A stretch of DNA of 64,000 nt from an uncultured delta proteobacterium (GTDB taxonomy: Bacteria > Myxococcota_A > UBA9160 > SZUA-336): positions 96,001 to 160,000 of the forward strand of contig CAVPHD010000001.1 in NCBI GenBank assembly GCA_963704165.1, in the 5' to 3' direction. The position numbers and the translations under genes were made by a program. The notes beneath the pieces were generated by a model that saw nothing but the letters and a program-made list of their open reading frames with translations, was not told the origin of the DNA and ran no database searches. How positions within the stretch are numbered: the stretch's first letter is position 1; each line of letters starts with the position of its first letter. Of the stretch, positions 35,594 through 47,608 are shown one piece after another.

Positions 35594-37438
35594 ATGGTCG
35601 TGAGCGTCTTCGCGCGTGATCGCCTGCTGATCGTCCTCGCGCTCGTCGTGCTGACGAGCGGCGTGTACGCCGAGGTGGGCGGCTTTGGCTTCCTCAGCCT
35701 CGATGACGGGAGGTACGTCGCAGGCAATGGTCCCGTCCTCGATGGACTCAGCCTCGAGGGCCTGAAATGGGCGATGACCACCGACTTCACGAGCAACTGG
35801 CATCCGCTCACCTGGATCTCGCTGATGCTCGACGTCGAGCTCTTCGGTGCCGACCCCGGGGCGATTCACCTGGTGAACCTCGTCCTGCATGGGATCAACA
35901 CCGTTCTCGTCTTCCTGATCTTCGCCCGCCTCACGGACTCGACCTGGCGCAGCGCGTTCCTGGCCGGGCTATTCGGGCTGCATCCGCTGCACGTCGAGTC
36001 GGTGGCCTGGATCTCGGAGCGCAAGGACGTGCTCAGCGCGTTCTTCTGGCTCTCGGCGACGGCCGCGTACGCGCGCTACGCGCGTCGTGGCTCCCGGACC
36101 GCTTACCTCGGCGCGGGCCTGCTCTTCGCGCTGGGGCTCTGCGCCAAGCCGATGGTCGTGACCTGGCCCTTCGCCATGCTGCTCTTCGACGTCTGGCCGC
36201 TCCGCCGCGTGGAGCTGACGCGCCTGCTCGAACAGAAGCAGGTCGGTCGCCTGCTGCTCGAGAAGCTTCCGTTCGTCGCGCTGTCGATCGCGTCCGCGTG
36301 GATCACCGCATCGCGGGGCGCCTTCTACGGCGACTTCACGCTCGGTCAGCGCGTGGGCAACGCCGTCGTGTCGTACGCCCGCTACCTGGGCAAGAGCGTC
36401 TGGCCGAGCGACCTGGCCATCCTCTACCCCCATCCGGGGAGCTGGCCGGCCTGGCAGGTGAGCGCGTCGGCGGTGCTGCTCCTCGCGATCACCGCGCTGG
36501 TGCTGCGCGCCCGCCGACGGCCGTACCTGCTCGTGGGTTGGCTGCTCTTCGGCGGATCGCTCGTCCCTACGATCGGACTCGTTCAGGTCGGATATCAGGC
36601 CATGGCGGATCGCTACATGTACCTGCCCTTGCTGGGACTCGGCATCGCCGTCATCTGGGGCGCCGCGGATCCATTCGGCGATCGCCGTCCGACACGCGTC
36701 GCGCTCGCCGTGGCGGGCTGCGTCGCGCTCGCCGCTTTCGGGATCACATCGAAGCGCTACGTGGGCGCGTGGCGCGACAGCGATGCGATCTTCACGCACG
36801 CGCTGGCATCGACGCGCGACAACTGGGTCGTGCACTCCTTTCACGGCGAGAATCAGATCGGCGTCGGGAAGTTCGCAGAAGCCATCGTCCATCTGAACGA
36901 GACGGTTCGGGTGCGGCCGGGGTTGTCGCGTCCGCACTTCCTGATCGGGATCGCCCACCGCCAGCTCGGAGAATCCCGCTCCGCACTCTCGGCCTTCGCC
37001 AGGGCGGTCGAAGTACAGCCATCGAGTTGGCAGGGCTGGCTCGAGCTGGCGAAGACCGCACAGCTTCTGGGTGAAGACGCCACCGCGCGCGATGCCTACC
37101 GGCGCGTCATCGCCCTCGAACCCGATCAGGTCGAAGCATCTCGACGCCTCGGCTGGATGCTGGCGCTCGACCCGAATCCGCGGCCGGGCGACGGCAACGA
37201 GGCGGTGGCGCTGTTCCGGCGAGCGCTCGCGGCATCGCCCGGCGGGACGACGGAGGATCTCGACGGCCTCGGCGCCGCGCTCGCACAGGCGGGAAGCTTC
37301 GACGAGGCCGCGACATCAGCCCGTCGCGCCGCGGCCCTGGCGCGACGCGACGGACTGACCGCGCTGGCGACACAGATCGAGCGTCGCGCGCACACCTACG
37401 AGCGACACGAGCCCGCGAGGCGCGACCCGGACCGCTGA
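35594..37438 (+). CDS. TMTC-like GT-C glycosyltransferase with C-terminal TPR repeats
   Basis: SLDD, NWHPLTWIS, HPLHVESVAWISERKDVL and ADRYMYLP motifs, many TM helices and a TPR tail. Confidence 0.88.
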   Translation: MVVSVFARDRLLIVLALVVLTSGVYAEVGGFGFLSLDDGRYVAGNGPVLDGLSLEGLKWAMTTDFTSNWHPLTWISLMLDVELFGADPGAIHLVNLVLHGINTVLVFLIFARLTDSTWRSAFLAGLFGLHPLHVESVAWISERKDVLSAFFWLSATAAYARYARRGSRTAYLGAGLLFALGLCAKPMVVTWPFAMLLFDVWPLRRVELTRLLEQKQVGRLLLEKLPFVALSIASAWITASRGAFYGDFTLGQRVGNAVVSYARYLGKSVWPSDLAILYPHPGSWPAWQVSASAVLLLAITALVLRARRRPYLLVGWLLFGGSLVPTIGLVQVGYQAMADRYMYLPLLGLGIAVIWGAADPFGDRRPTRVALAVAGCVALAAFGITSKRYVGAWRDSDAIFTHALASTRDNWVVHSFHGENQIGVGKFAEAIVHLNETVRVRPGLSRPHFLIGIAHRQLGESRSALSAFARAVEVQPSSWQGWLELAKTAQLLGEDATARDAYRRVIALEPDQVEASRRLGWMLALDPNPRPGDGNEAVALFRRALAASPGGTTEDLDGLGAALAQAGSFDEAATSARRAAALARRDGLTALATQIERRAHTYERHEPARRDPDR

Positions 37439-37479
37439 ACTCGAGCGCAGCGCGTGAGCGCATCCGCGCCGCCGTGAAA

Positions 37480-38247
37480 TCAGAACGCGAAGACGCGGAA
37501 CTCGTGCGTGCCGCGGAAGCCGAGCGACGCGAAGAGCGTGCCCGCGGCCTGTTCGCCTTCCTTGAGATGAAGCACCACACGGCGCTCCGCGCTCTCGAGC
37601 GCGCGCACGGTCTCGGCGGCGAGCGCGCGCGCGTAGCCCTGACGGCGGCAGTCCTCGCGCGTCTCGAGGTGCGCGAGCAACGCGACTCGCTCGGTGGTGA
37701 AGCGCGTGCCGGCCACGGCCGCGAGCTCGCCGAACCCGTCGCGGATCCCGAAGAACGGGCCGAGCTCGAGCTCGAGCCGCGCGAAGCTCGTGCCGCAGAA
37801 TCGGGTGATCTCCTCCGCGTCCGTGAGTCGTTCGACGCGCCCGTCCGGTGGCGGGAGAGGCACCGCGGAGCAGAGGCGCACCATCTGCCGCTCGGTGCGA
37901 ATCTCCCGACCGCCCGCGCGAACGGCCTCGGCGCCGATCCGCACGGGAACCGGGCACACGAACGTCGGCGCGATGCGGCGCACCAGCGTTTCGGCGACGC
38001 CCGGAAGAGCCCCGTCCACCGCCGTCAGTCGGAACGGAAAGAGCCCATCCATCACGCCCGCCAGGCCGACCACGCGGTCTCCGTGCAGCGCGACGATGAA
38101 CTCCGCACGCGAGAGCAGGCGGGGAATCTCGAGCGCGGCATGCAGCCAGATCCGCTCGAGCAGCGTCGCCCGCGCAAAGGCGCGCGCGGACTCGAGCGCG
38201 GCCGCCTCACCTTCCTTCAGTGGCCGATAGGTGTACTGAGTTGCCAC
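37480..38247 (-). CDS. GNAT family N-acetyltransferase
   Basis: C-terminal RRQGYA acetyl-CoA motif and LFASLGF. Confidence 0.75.
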   Translation of the reverse strand: MATQYTYRPLKEGEAAALESARAFARATLLERIWLHAALEIPRLLSRAEFIVALHGDRVVGLAGVMDGLFPFRLTAVDGALPGVAETLVRRIAPTFVCPVPVRIGAEAVRAGGREIRTERQMVRLCSAVPLPPPDGRVERLTDAEEITRFCGTSFARLELELGPFFGIRDGFGELAAVAGTRFTTERVALLAHLETREDCRRQGYARALAAETVRALESAERRVVLHLKEGEQAAGTLFASLGFRGTHEFRVFAF

Positions 38248-38305
38248 TCGCGGCGATCCTAGCTCATCCCGGTCCGGGGCCGGTCTCTCGCGCGCGCGGC
38301 CCGAC

Positions 38306-39076
38306 TCAGCCCTTCGGCGGCATGCGGATCGCGCCGTCGAGGCGGATCACCTCGCCGTTCAGCATCCCGTTCTCGATGATCGAGCGCGCGAGGTGCGCGT
38401 ATTCGGTCGGCCGGCCGAGACGGCGGGGGAACGGGATGTTGGCCGCGAGCGCCTGGCGCGCGGGCTCCGGCAGTCCGGCGAGCAGCGGCGTGTCGAAGAG
38501 ACCCGGCGCGATCGTCACGATCCGGATCCCGAGCGAGGCGAGGTCGCGCGCGATCGGGAGCGTCATTCCGACCACCGCACCCTTCGACGCGGCGTAAGCG
38601 GCCTGCCCGATCTGCCCGTCGTAGGCGGCGACCGAGGCGGTGTTCACGATCACCCCGCGCTCGCCGTCGGCGTCGGGAGCGTTCTTGCTCATCCGGTCCG
38701 CCTCGAAGCGGATCGCGTTGAAGGTGCCCACCACGTTCACCTCGAGCACCTTCACGAAAGGCTCGATCGGGTGCGGCCCCTCCTTGGTGACGGTGCGCTG
38801 CGCCCAGCCGATGCCCGCGCAGTTGACCGCCATGCGGATGCCGCCGAGCTCGGCGACCGCGCGATCGATCGCGGCCTGGACTTCGTCGGCCTTCGTCACG
38901 TCGCAGGGACAGAAAATCGTGCCGCGGCCCAGCTCGGCCGCGACCTTCTCGCCGGCCGAGCGCGGTAGATCGAGGATCGCGACGCGCGCGCCGGCAGCGA
39001 TCAGCTCTCGAACCGTGGCGCCACCGAGGCCCGATGCGCCGCCGGTGACGACCGCGCCCATACCTTGAATCTGCAT
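38306..39076 (-). CDS. 3-hydroxyacyl-CoA dehydrogenase type II (SDR)
   Basis: [25 protein letters not shown] and [14 protein letters not shown] motifs. Confidence 0.93.
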   Translation of the reverse strand: MQIQGMGAVVTGGASGLGGATVRELIAAGARVAILDLPRSAGEKVAAELGRGTIFCPCDVTKADEVQAAIDRAVAELGGIRMAVNCAGIGWAQRTVTKEGPHPIEPFVKVLEVNVVGTFNAIRFEADRMSKNAPDADGERGVIVNTASVAAYDGQIGQAAYAASKGAVVGMTLPIARDLASLGIRIVTIAPGLFDTPLLAGLPEPARQALAANIPFPRRLGRPTEYAHLARSIIENGMLNGEVIRLDGAIRMPPKG

Positions 39077-39080
39077 CGCG

Positions 39081-40982
39081 CTAGGACTCCGGCTCGAGGT
39101 ACGTGTAGCCGCTCATTCCCTGCTCGAAGCGGCGGCGCAGCAGGCCGGACTCCTCGAGCGTGAGCCGGCCTTCGCGCATCGCCTTCTCGGCCGCCATCCG
39201 CACCGACTCCGCGAGCGCACGACGATCGTATCCGAGGTACTGCACGACCTGCTCGACCGAGTCGCCCTGCACCACCTGCTCGACCGTGTAACCGCCGTCC
39301 TCGTAGATCTTCACGTGAACCGCGTCGGTGTCGCCGAACAAGTTGTGCATCTCGCCGAGCGTCTCCTGGTACGCACCGACGAGGAACACGCCCAGGTAGT
39401 ACGGCCGGCCGTTCGGGGCGTGGAGCTCGAGGACGTTCTTGACGTCGCGAAGATCGATGAACTCGTTCACCTTGCCGTCGGAGTCACACGTGAGGTCCGC
39501 GAAGGTGCCGCGCCGGACCGGCGCCTCGTCGAGCCGGTGGATCGGGACCACCGGGAAGAGCTGCTTCATCGCCCACGAGTCGGGCAGGGACTGGAAGACC
39601 GAGAAGTTCCCGTAGTACTTGTCGGCGAGCTGGCGCTCGAGCCGCTGGAGGTCGTCGGGCACGTAGGTCATCTCGCGCACGATCCGCAGGATCTTCTCGC
39701 AGCAGGCCCAGAACAGCTCCTCCATCCGGGCCCGCGTCTGCAGGTCGAGGTAGCCGAGCGCAAATGCGGTGGTCGCCTCTTCCTTGAGCTGCAGCACGTC
39801 GTTGTAGGACTCCTGCACGTTGCGCGCGGAGATCGAGCCCCAGACCTCGAAGAGCTGCTGGATGACCTTCGGGTCCTCCGCGGCCGGCTGAGCGGGCTGC
39901 GAGCTCGTACGCACGCCGTCCACGGAGAGCACGTCGAAGATCAGCACCGACGCGTGCGAGACCAGCGCGCGGCCGGCCTCGGTGACGATGTCGGGATGCG
40001 GCACGCCCTTCTCGTCGCAGATGTCGCGAATGGCGCTCACGACGTCGTAGGCGTATTCCTGCGTCGTGTAGTTCATCGACGAGTGGAAATTCGTCTGCGA
40101 GCCGTCGTAGTCGACGCCGAGTCCCCCACCGACGTCGAGCAGGCCCATCGGCGCGCCGAGCGAGTGCAGCTCGGTGTAGACGTGCGAAGCCTCGCGAAAG
40201 GCGTCCTTGTGCGCCCGGATCGCCGTCACCTGCGAGCCGCTGTGAAAGTGGAGCATCTCGAGGCAGTCGAGCATGTCGTCGTGCCGCAGTCGGTTCACGA
40301 CGCCCATCAGCTCTTCCGCCGAGAGCCCGAACTTCGAGCGGTCGCCGGACGACTCCGCCCACTTGCCCGCGCCCTTGCTCGCCAGCCGCGCACGCACCCC
40401 GATGTGAGGACGGATGCCGAGCTCCCGGCTGACCTTGATCAGCGTGTCGAGCTCGTTCGGCCGGTCGATCACGATCACGACGTAGCGTCCGAGCCGCTGC
40501 GCGAGGAGCGCCAGCTCCATGTAGGCGCGGTCCTTGTACCCGTTGCAGATGATCAGCGCGTCGGGCGTGTCGAGCGTCGCCAGACCGACGAGAAGCTCCG
40601 GCTTCGAGCCGACTTCGAGCCCCAGTTGATGGGGGCGCCCGAAGTTCACCAGCTCCTCCACCACCTGGCGCTGCTGGTTGACCTTGATCGGGTAGACGCC
40701 GCGGTAGCGGCCCTTGTAGTCGTATTCGCCGATCGCGCGCGAGAAGCAGCCGGAGATGTGCCGGACGCGGCTCGCGAGGATGTCGGAAAATCGGATCACG
40801 AGCGGCGTCCGCAGACCGCGACCGCGCAGCTCGGCGACGAGTGCGGGCAGGTTCACGTTGGCGGTGCCGGGGCCGTTCGGGTGGACGAGCACGTCCCCCG
40901 TCGGACTCACGGAGAAGTACTCACCGCCCCAATACGGGATGCCGTAGAGCTCAGCAGCTTCGCGGACCGTCCAAGCGCGCAT
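39081..40982 (-). CDS. speA: Biosynthetic arginine decarboxylase
   Basis: [39 protein letters not shown] and HNLFG motifs; GAGGAG RBS before the ATG at 40982. Confidence 0.96.
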   Translation of the reverse strand: MRAWTVREAAELYGIPYWGGEYFSVSPTGDVLVHPNGPGTANVNLPALVAELRGRGLRTPLVIRFSDILASRVRHISGCFSRAIGEYDYKGRYRGVYPIKVNQQRQVVEELVNFGRPHQLGLEVGSKPELLVGLATLDTPDALIICNGYKDRAYMELALLAQRLGRYVVIVIDRPNELDTLIKVSRELGIRPHIGVRARLASKGAGKWAESSGDRSKFGLSAEELMGVVNRLRHDDMLDCLEMLHFHSGSQVTAIRAHKDAFREASHVYTELHSLGAPMGLLDVGGGLGVDYDGSQTNFHSSMNYTTQEYAYDVVSAIRDICDEKGVPHPDIVTEAGRALVSHASVLIFDVLSVDGVRTSSQPAQPAAEDPKVIQQLFEVWGSISARNVQESYNDVLQLKEEATTAFALGYLDLQTRARMEELFWACCEKILRIVREMTYVPDDLQRLERQLADKYYGNFSVFQSLPDSWAMKQLFPVVPIHRLDEAPVRRGTFADLTCDSDGKVNEFIDLRDVKNVLELHAPNGRPYYLGVFLVGAYQETLGEMHNLFGDTDAVHVKIYEDGGYTVEQVVQGDSVEQVVQYLGYDRRALAESVRMAAEKAMREGRLTLEESGLLRRRFEQGMSGYTYLEPES

Positions 40983-41096
40983 CGACCACTCCTCGGCAGG
41001 CAACCAGCGCGGCGCTCGCCTCCACAGGCGGCGAGTCGCGGCGCATGTTAACGCCACTGGAACTACAGGTCGAGCGATTGACCGAAAAACTTTCGG

Positions 41097-41855
41097 TCAT
41101 TCGAGCGCGAGCGGCAGCACTTCGGAGAGGCGCGTGATCTGGTGGTGGGGCGACGCGGCCGTTCCGACACCGCTTCCGGGCGGCGGAGAGCCCTCTTCGC
41201 GAAAGAGAACCGTCGTCATTCCGAGCGCGCGCGCGCCGACGATGTCCTGCTCCGGCGAGTCGCCCACGAAGAGCACGTGCTCGGGCCGGCAGTCCGCTTT
41301 CGCGCACGCGTAGCGGTAGATGCCCGCGTCCGGCTTGCACGAGCGAGCCTCCTCCGAGCTCGTCCAGTGGTGGAGCACGTCCGCGAGTCCGGCGCGCTCG
41401 ATCATCGGATGCAGGTAGTCGTCGTCGATGTTCGAGACGACGGCGACCCGAAGACCCGATTCGCGAAGCTCCTCGAGCGTGGCCACACAGTCCTCGCGAA
41501 GGCTGAACTGCTCGGTCACGATCCCGCGCTGGCTGTCGATCAGCCAGTCGACCCAGTCGGCGGGCGGCTCCGCGCCGAGGCCGCGCGCGAAGCGCTGCCA
41601 GGTGTCCGCGAAGAGCTCGCGGTGCAGGTAGTAGGGCCGCTCCTGCAAGGCGAGGTAGGCGTCGCGCGTGGCGTCGCGGTAGGCCGAACCGATTCGCGCG
41701 GGCTCGACCTCGAGGCCGAGTCGGCCGACCGCGTCGTCGATCAAGCGGACCGTGCCACCGCCGACCTGGCGGTAGCTGAAGAGCGTCCCGCCGAAGTCGA
41801 AGAACACGGCGGCGACGCGACGTTTGCGCGCGGGCTTCGCCGCTCCTGTCGTCAC
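41097..41855 (-). CDS. HAD family hydrolase
   Basis: FDFGGTL, VSN, KPD and VGDSPEQD motifs. Confidence 0.88.
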   Translation of the reverse strand: MTTGAAKPARKRRVAAVFFDFGGTLFSYRQVGGGTVRLIDDAVGRLGLEVEPARIGSAYRDATRDAYLALQERPYYLHRELFADTWQRFARGLGAEPPADWVDWLIDSQRGIVTEQFSLREDCVATLEELRESGLRVAVVSNIDDDYLHPMIERAGLADVLHHWTSSEEARSCKPDAGIYRYACAKADCRPEHVLFVGDSPEQDIVGARALGMTTVLFREEGSPPPGSGVGTAASPHHQITRLSEVLPLALE

Positions 41856-41916
41856 GCGTCCGAGGCTATTCAGCCGATGCCGTCGTGTCAAAACCCGCTG
41901 CGGTAGAATCGCGACC

Positions 41917-43191
41917 ATGAGTGGAAGCGAAGCGTTTGCCATCGCGGTGATCGGGGGCGCGACGGCCGGTGCCGAGGCGGCCGACATTTTCGCGAAGCAC
42001 GGGATCCTGACGGTCGTGTTCGAACAGAACGCGCGCCCCTACGGAAAGGTCGAGGACGGCCTGCCGCGCTGGCACGCGGGCCTGCGCGCGAAGGAGTACG
42101 CGGCGATCGACGCGAAGCTCGCGCAGGAACACGTGCACTTCGTGCCGTCCACGCGGGTCGGCCGGGACATCGACCTGCGCGACCTGACCGAGCGCTGGGG
42201 CTTCCACTGCGTCGTGCTCGCCAACGGCGCCTGGCGCGATCGCCCGCTCGCGGTGCCCGACGCCGAGCGCTGGGTCGGAAAGGGCCTCGTCTACCAGAAC
42301 CCGTTCATCTACTGGTTCAACCACCACCACGAGGCCGGCTACGACGGACCGGTCTTCGAGGCGCTGGACGACACGATCGTGGTCGGCGGCGGGCTGGCCT
42401 CGATCGACGTCGCGAAGTCGATCAACCTCGAGCTCGCGCGGGGCGCGCTCGAGAGCCGCGGCGTCCACGCCGAGCTCGAGGAGCTCGAGGTCAAGGGCAT
42501 CCCGAAGGAGCTCGAGAAACACGGGCTCACCTGGGCGGAGCTCGGGTTCAAGGGTGCGACGCTCTTCTACCGTCGGCGGCCCGAAGACATGCCGCTCATC
42601 ACGCTTCCGGACGGGGCCGACGAGCGGCTCCGCACGAAGATCGAGAAGTCGCGCGCGAACATGCTCGAGAAGGCCACCTCGAAGTTCCTGTTCAACGTGC
42701 GCCCGCTGCGCGCGCCGCACTCGCTGATCATCTCGAACGACCGGGTCGCCGGCATGCGCTTCGCCGTGACGCGCATGGACGGCGGAAAGCTCGTGCAGAC
42801 CGAAGAGCTCGAAGAGGTCCGGGGGGCGCAGGTGATCAGCTCGATCGGCAGCATTCCCGAGCCGATTCCCGGCGTGCCGATGAAGGGCGAGCTCTACGGC
42901 TACTCGGACTGGGACCTCGGGCGACTGCCCGATTTCCCCACCCTGTTCGCGGCCGGGAACGTCGTCACCGGCAAGGGCAACATCGTCGATTCGCGAAAGC
43001 ACGCCCGGCACGTCGGCCAGCACGTCCGCGACGAGTACCTGTCCCTGGCCGAGAACGTGCGCTCGCTCGAGCCGCTCTCGGCTTCGGCGCGGGACGCGCT
43101 GCTCCGGCGCGTGCGCGAGCGCCAGAACGAGATCGGGTTCCGCGACTACCCGAGCTGGATCCAGGCCGCGCGCCCGCCCGAGTTCGTCTGA
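41917..43191 (+). CDS. FAD-dependent oxidoreductase, ferredoxin/adrenodoxin-NADP reductase-like
   Basis: [30 protein letters not shown] and YRRR motifs. Confidence 0.8.
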   Translation: MSGSEAFAIAVIGGATAGAEAADIFAKHGILTVVFEQNARPYGKVEDGLPRWHAGLRAKEYAAIDAKLAQEHVHFVPSTRVGRDIDLRDLTERWGFHCVVLANGAWRDRPLAVPDAERWVGKGLVYQNPFIYWFNHHHEAGYDGPVFEALDDTIVVGGGLASIDVAKSINLELARGALESRGVHAELEELEVKGIPKELEKHGLTWAELGFKGATLFYRRRPEDMPLITLPDGADERLRTKIEKSRANMLEKATSKFLFNVRPLRAPHSLIISNDRVAGMRFAVTRMDGGKLVQTEELEEVRGAQVISSIGSIPEPIPGVPMKGELYGYSDWDLGRLPDFPTLFAAGNVVTGKGNIVDSRKHARHVGQHVRDEYLSLAENVRSLEPLSASARDALLRRVRERQNEIGFRDYPSWIQAARPPEFV

Positions 43192-45200
43192 TGGCGAACC
43201 GTCTGGCACAGGAGAGCAGCGCCTACCTGCGCCAGCACGCGAAGAACCCGGTCGATTGGTATCCCTGGAGCGACGAGGCCTGGGCCCGCGCGCGGGCGGA
43301 AGACAAGCCGGTCCTGGTCTCGATCGGCTACTCGTCGTGCCACTGGTGCCACGTGATGGAGCGCGAGTCGTTCGAGGACCCGAACGTCGGGCGGCTCATG
43401 AACGAGCACGTGATCGCGATCAAGGTCGATCGCGAAGAGCGTCCCGACGTCGATCAGATCTACATGGAAGCGGTGCAGCGCATGACCGGCTCCGGCGGTT
43501 GGCCGCTCAACATGTTCTGCATGCCGGACGGCCGGCCGTTCATGGGTGGCACGTACTTTCCGCCGCGGCGAATGCACAACCGGCCGAGCTTCGCCGAGGT
43601 CGTGCTCGCCGTCTCGCGCGCCTTTACGACGCAGCGCGACGACGTCCGCAAGGCCGCCGAAGAGGTGCTCGCGTCCCTGCACGCGCGGCCCGAGGTCACC
43701 GCTCCCGAGCCGCTCGGTTGCGAGTCCCTCTCGGTGCTCGTTCGCCAGCTCATGGCGCGTGCCGATCGCCGCCACGGCGGTTTCGGCGCGGCGCCGAAGT
43801 TCCCGACACCGACGAATCTCGAGGCCATCCTCGCCGCGGTCCGGCTCGGCATCGCTCGTGGCGACGCGCTCGATCACGTCGTCTTCACGCTCGAGAAGAT
43901 CTCGCGCGGGGGGATCTTCGATCAGCTCGGCGGCGGCTTTCACCGCTACTCCACCGACGAGCGCTGGCTCGTGCCGCACTTCGAGAAGATGCTGTACGAC
44001 AACGGGCAGCTCTTGCGCCTGTACGCCGAGGCGTACCGGCTGAAGGCGAACGAGAACCTGCGCTGGCCCGTCGAGGAGACGATCCTCTGGCTCGAGCGCG
44101 AGATGCGCGACCCGGCCGGGGGTTTTTTCGCGAGCCAGGACGCCGACAGCGAGGGCGAGGAGGGCCGATTCTTCGTGTTCTCGCCCGACGAGGTGGCCGC
44201 GGTGCTCGGTCCCGAACTCGGCGCGGAGTTCTGCGACGCCTACGGTGTCGAGCCGCAGGGCACCTTCGAGCACAGCGGGAAGAGCGTGCTCACGCACGGG
44301 CTGGCCGGCGAGCGGCCACGCTACGCCGACGCCCGCGCGCGTCTGTTCGCGGCTCGGAGCGAGCGCGTGGCACCGGCGACCGATCGCAAGAACGTCTGCG
44401 CCTGGATCGGCTACGCGATCTCGGGTCTCGCAGCCGCGGGCACGAGCTTCGCGCGGCCGGACTGGATCGCCGCCGGTGCACGCGCGGCCGAGTTCGTCCT
44501 CTCGCACATGTCGAATGGAGGCCGCGGCTTGCGGCGCGTCTACGAGGACGGCGAGGCGAAGATCCCCGCCTTTCTCGACGACCACGCCTCGCTCGCGCTC
44601 GCGCTTCTCGACCTGCACCGCGCCGACGGCGATTCGCGCTGGGTCGAGTCGGCGTTGGTGGTCGCGGACGAGCTGCGCGCGAACTTCTTCGACGCGGAGA
44701 AGCGGGAGCTCTTCTTCACCTCGACGAACGACGCGACCCTGATCCTGCGGCCCGCGAGCGACGGCGACGGTGCGACGCCCGCGGGGGCGGGGCTCGCGGT
44801 CCTCGCGCTCCTGCGCCTTCACGAGTTGACCGGACGCGCCGATCTCGGCGAAGTCGTCGAAGCCGTGATCGAACGCGAGGGGCCCGTCGCCTCGCGCGCT
44901 CCGCTCTACCTGCCGACGCTCACGCGTGCGGCCGCGCTTCGCGACGCCGGTCTCGGAGTCGCGATCGTCCTCGGCGATCCCGGCGACGCGCGCACGCAGG
45001 CGCTCGCCGCGCGCGCGCGAACGCTGCTCGGCCCGGAAGATGCGGTCGTGATCGTCCCACCGGGCGCCAGACCCGATTGGCTCGCGCCCGAACTTCTCGA
45101 AGACCGAGTTCAACGCGCGGGCGCACCCACCGCATATCTGTGTCGGGGGCAGGCCTGCTCGCTGCCCGCGACCGATCCCGAGGCGATGAGGCTGCCCTGA
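43191..45200 (+). CDS. Thioredoxin-domain protein of the YyaL/SSP411 (DUF255) family
   Basis: [32 protein letters not shown] and [10 protein letters not shown] motifs. Confidence 0.95.
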   Translation: MANRLAQESSAYLRQHAKNPVDWYPWSDEAWARARAEDKPVLVSIGYSSCHWCHVMERESFEDPNVGRLMNEHVIAIKVDREERPDVDQIYMEAVQRMTGSGGWPLNMFCMPDGRPFMGGTYFPPRRMHNRPSFAEVVLAVSRAFTTQRDDVRKAAEEVLASLHARPEVTAPEPLGCESLSVLVRQLMARADRRHGGFGAAPKFPTPTNLEAILAAVRLGIARGDALDHVVFTLEKISRGGIFDQLGGGFHRYSTDERWLVPHFEKMLYDNGQLLRLYAEAYRLKANENLRWPVEETILWLEREMRDPAGGFFASQDADSEGEEGRFFVFSPDEVAAVLGPELGAEFCDAYGVEPQGTFEHSGKSVLTHGLAGERPRYADARARLFAARSERVAPATDRKNVCAWIGYAISGLAAAGTSFARPDWIAAGARAAEFVLSHMSNGGRGLRRVYEDGEAKIPAFLDDHASLALALLDLHRADGDSRWVESALVVADELRANFFDAEKRELFFTSTNDATLILRPASDGDGATPAGAGLAVLALLRLHELTGRADLGEVVEAVIEREGPVASRAPLYLPTLTRAAALRDAGLGVAIVLGDPGDARTQALAARARTLLGPEDAVVIVPPGARPDWLAPELLEDRVQRAGAPTAYLCRGQACSLPATDPEAMRLP

Positions 45201-45235
45201 ATCCTGCGGATCGCCGGTGAAGCGCGATGAGCTCG

Positions 45236-46459
45236 CTACCTCGAGCTCGTCATCATTCGAACGTCTCGTACCGAATAGGCGGCCAGCGTCGGCAGGATGA
45301 CGGTGAGAGCCGCGATCCACAGAGTCGGACGATGGCCGATCCGTTCGAACAGGAAGCCCGCAACGACGATGCCCAGCGGCGCGAGTGAGACCGAGCCCAG
45401 ATGATCGTACGCGCTCACCCTGGAGAGCATGTTCGCCGGGATCTTCTGCTGAAGGGTCGTATACCAGAGCACCGCGAAGACCTGACCCGCAATCCCTTCG
45501 ACGAACGCCGCGGCCGCGACCACGGTGACGGGAAGCGGAACCGACAGGGCCAGGGGCACCGTGCAGAACGCAAAGGTGCAGAGCGTCGCAATGCGCATGG
45601 GATGGCGTGCCTCGACCCTCATGCTGAGCAGGCCGCCGACCAGGGTTCCCAGACCGAAGGTTGCCGCGATCGCGCCCCAGTCCATCGCTCCATTCATGAA
45701 CTGGCGGGCCACCGCGGGCCCGATCAAGCCGAACACGCTCTCCATCGAGGCAACCAAGAGCGAGAACTGCAAGACGATGACCCAGAGCCAGGTGTGGGAA
45801 GTGAACTCGCGCCAACCCAGCCGAAGATCGTGGATGACGGACGCCTTCTCGGACGGCGCCTGGAGCCCGGGTTTGAGCGAGAGCACCAGCAGCGCCGACA
45901 CCCCGAAGGAAAGGGCATCGATCAAGAGCGTCAGCCCGGCGCCGAACACCGCCACCAAGGCGCCGCCCAGAGCCGCCCCACCCGCGACCGCGCCATTCCG
46001 GGCCGAGCCCAGGAGTGCATTCAGATTCCGAAGCTCGCCCCGGTCGACCATCTGAACGATCAGCCCGGTCGACGCCGGCGCGTTGAGCGCCATCGCGGTT
46101 CCGTTCACCAGCATGAGCAGAGTCAGCAGCGCGACCGTGGCCGTGCCCGAGAGAAACAGGAACGCGATCACGAGTTGGGCGAACATCGCCAGAACTTCGG
46201 CCGCCACGATCATGCTCTGCCGAGAGGTCCGATCGGCGAGGACACCCCCGATCAGGATGACGGCGATCAACGCAACCGTGGGTGCGGCGATGACGAAGCC
46301 GGCATCGGCGGTGGAGCCGGTCAGCTCGAGCACGCCGAAGGCCATCGCAATCGGCGCCATCGCCGTCCCGGTGTAGGTGATCAGGTAGGCGATGAAGAGC
46401 CGACTCACGTCGCGTCGGCGCAGAAGCCGCAGTCCCGCCCGAATGCCACTCTCGGCCAC
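45236..46459 (-). CDS. MFS transporter
   Basis: About 12 TM helices and the GVLADRTSR MFS motif A. Confidence 0.9.
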   Translation of the reverse strand: MAESGIRAGLRLLRRRDVSRLFIAYLITYTGTAMAPIAMAFGVLELTGSTADAGFVIAAPTVALIAVILIGGVLADRTSRQSMIVAAEVLAMFAQLVIAFLFLSGTATVALLTLLMLVNGTAMALNAPASTGLIVQMVDRGELRNLNALLGSARNGAVAGGAALGGALVAVFGAGLTLLIDALSFGVSALLVLSLKPGLQAPSEKASVIHDLRLGWREFTSHTWLWVIVLQFSLLVASMESVFGLIGPAVARQFMNGAMDWGAIAATFGLGTLVGGLLSMRVEARHPMRIATLCTFAFCTVPLALSVPLPVTVVAAAAFVEGIAGQVFAVLWYTTLQQKIPANMLSRVSAYDHLGSVSLAPLGIVVAGFLFERIGHRPTLWIAALTVILPTLAAYSVRDVRMMTSSR

Positions 46460-46592
46460 GTCGCATCATCCCATTCACGCATTGCGAGGAACACCCGAGT
46501 CGAGCCGTCGCACTCGTTTCCGTTCGAGGCGAGCTCCGGGTAGGAAAGGGGAGCGACGAGCGCCCGCGGCTGCACGCCGCAAGCCCCGAGGT

Positions 46593-47453
46593 CTAGCCGC
46601 CGGTCTCCATCGGCAGGGACGGATCGCGCGACCACTCGTCGAGCGAACCGTCGTAGACCGCCACGTTCGACTGCCCGAGCATGAGCAGTGCGAAGGCGTT
46701 GGTCGTCGCGGCGATGCCGCCGCCGCAGTAGCTGATGACGCGCGCGCGAGCGAGCGCTCCGGTCCCGGCGAACTGCGCGCGAAGCCGATCGTCGGGCAGG
46801 AATTCACCGGTCGCGCGATCGACGAGCTCTCTGAACGAGACGTTCTCGCTTCCCGGCACGTGTCCGGGCCGCGCGTAGCCGAGGCTGACCTCGCCGCGAT
46901 GAATCGGGCCGGGCAGAGCGTCGAGGGTGCAGACTCCTCGATCGCCGATGGCCTCGAGCACGTCGCCGGTGGTGGCCCAGACCTCCTCGTGCAGGCGCGG
47001 CTCGTAGCTCACGCGCGGGTAGCTCGCGGGCTCGGTCGAGAGCGGTCGACCCTCGGCCCGCCAGCGTGCGAGCCCACCATCGAGCACGCTCACCCGCTCG
47101 TGCCCCGCGTAGCGCAGCACCCAAAAGGCGCGCGTGGCCCACATCACGTCGGTGCCGCTGTACAGCACCACCGGGCTCGAGCGCGAGATTCCGAGCCGCG
47201 ACAGCGCCTCGCGGAGCTGCGGCTCCGACGGCCGCGTGAACGCGAGCTCGGCTTCTGGATCGGAGAGATCCGCGAGCAGGTCGATGAACGCGGCCCCGGG
47301 AACGTGACCGGCGTCGTACACGTCGCGTGCCGCGCGCGCTCCACCACCGCCCAGGTGCACGCTGCAGTCGAAGACGCGCAGCGCCGGATCGGCGAGTTCT
47401 GCCTCGAGCTCGGCCGGGCCGATCAGCAGATTCTCGCGTCGCGTCGTGGTCAT
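46593..47453 (-). CDS. Two-domain sulfurtransferase (SseA/rhodanese family)
   Basis: GHVPGA twice, VLDGG, active-site YCGGGIAA and YDGSLDEW. Confidence 0.93.
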   Translation of the reverse strand: MTTTRRENLLIGPAELEAELADPALRVFDCSVHLGGGGARAARDVYDAGHVPGAAFIDLLADLSDPEAELAFTRPSEPQLREALSRLGISRSSPVVLYSGTDVMWATRAFWVLRYAGHERVSVLDGGLARWRAEGRPLSTEPASYPRVSYEPRLHEEVWATTGDVLEAIGDRGVCTLDALPGPIHRGEVSLGYARPGHVPGSENVSFRELVDRATGEFLPDDRLRAQFAGTGALARARVISYCGGGIAATTNAFALLMLGQSNVAVYDGSLDEWSRDPSLPMETGG

Positions 47454-47608
47454 GATGTCGATGCTACCTGATGTCCTCCGTCGTCGGCGAGAAATGAAGG
47501 TCGATCGCGCACGCGGTCGCCGTCGGGGCGGGGTATGCTCGCTGCCGGCGACCGATCTCGAGACGACGAGGCTAGCCTGGGAGTTCCGCTCAACGTGCGG
47601 GGAGGACG

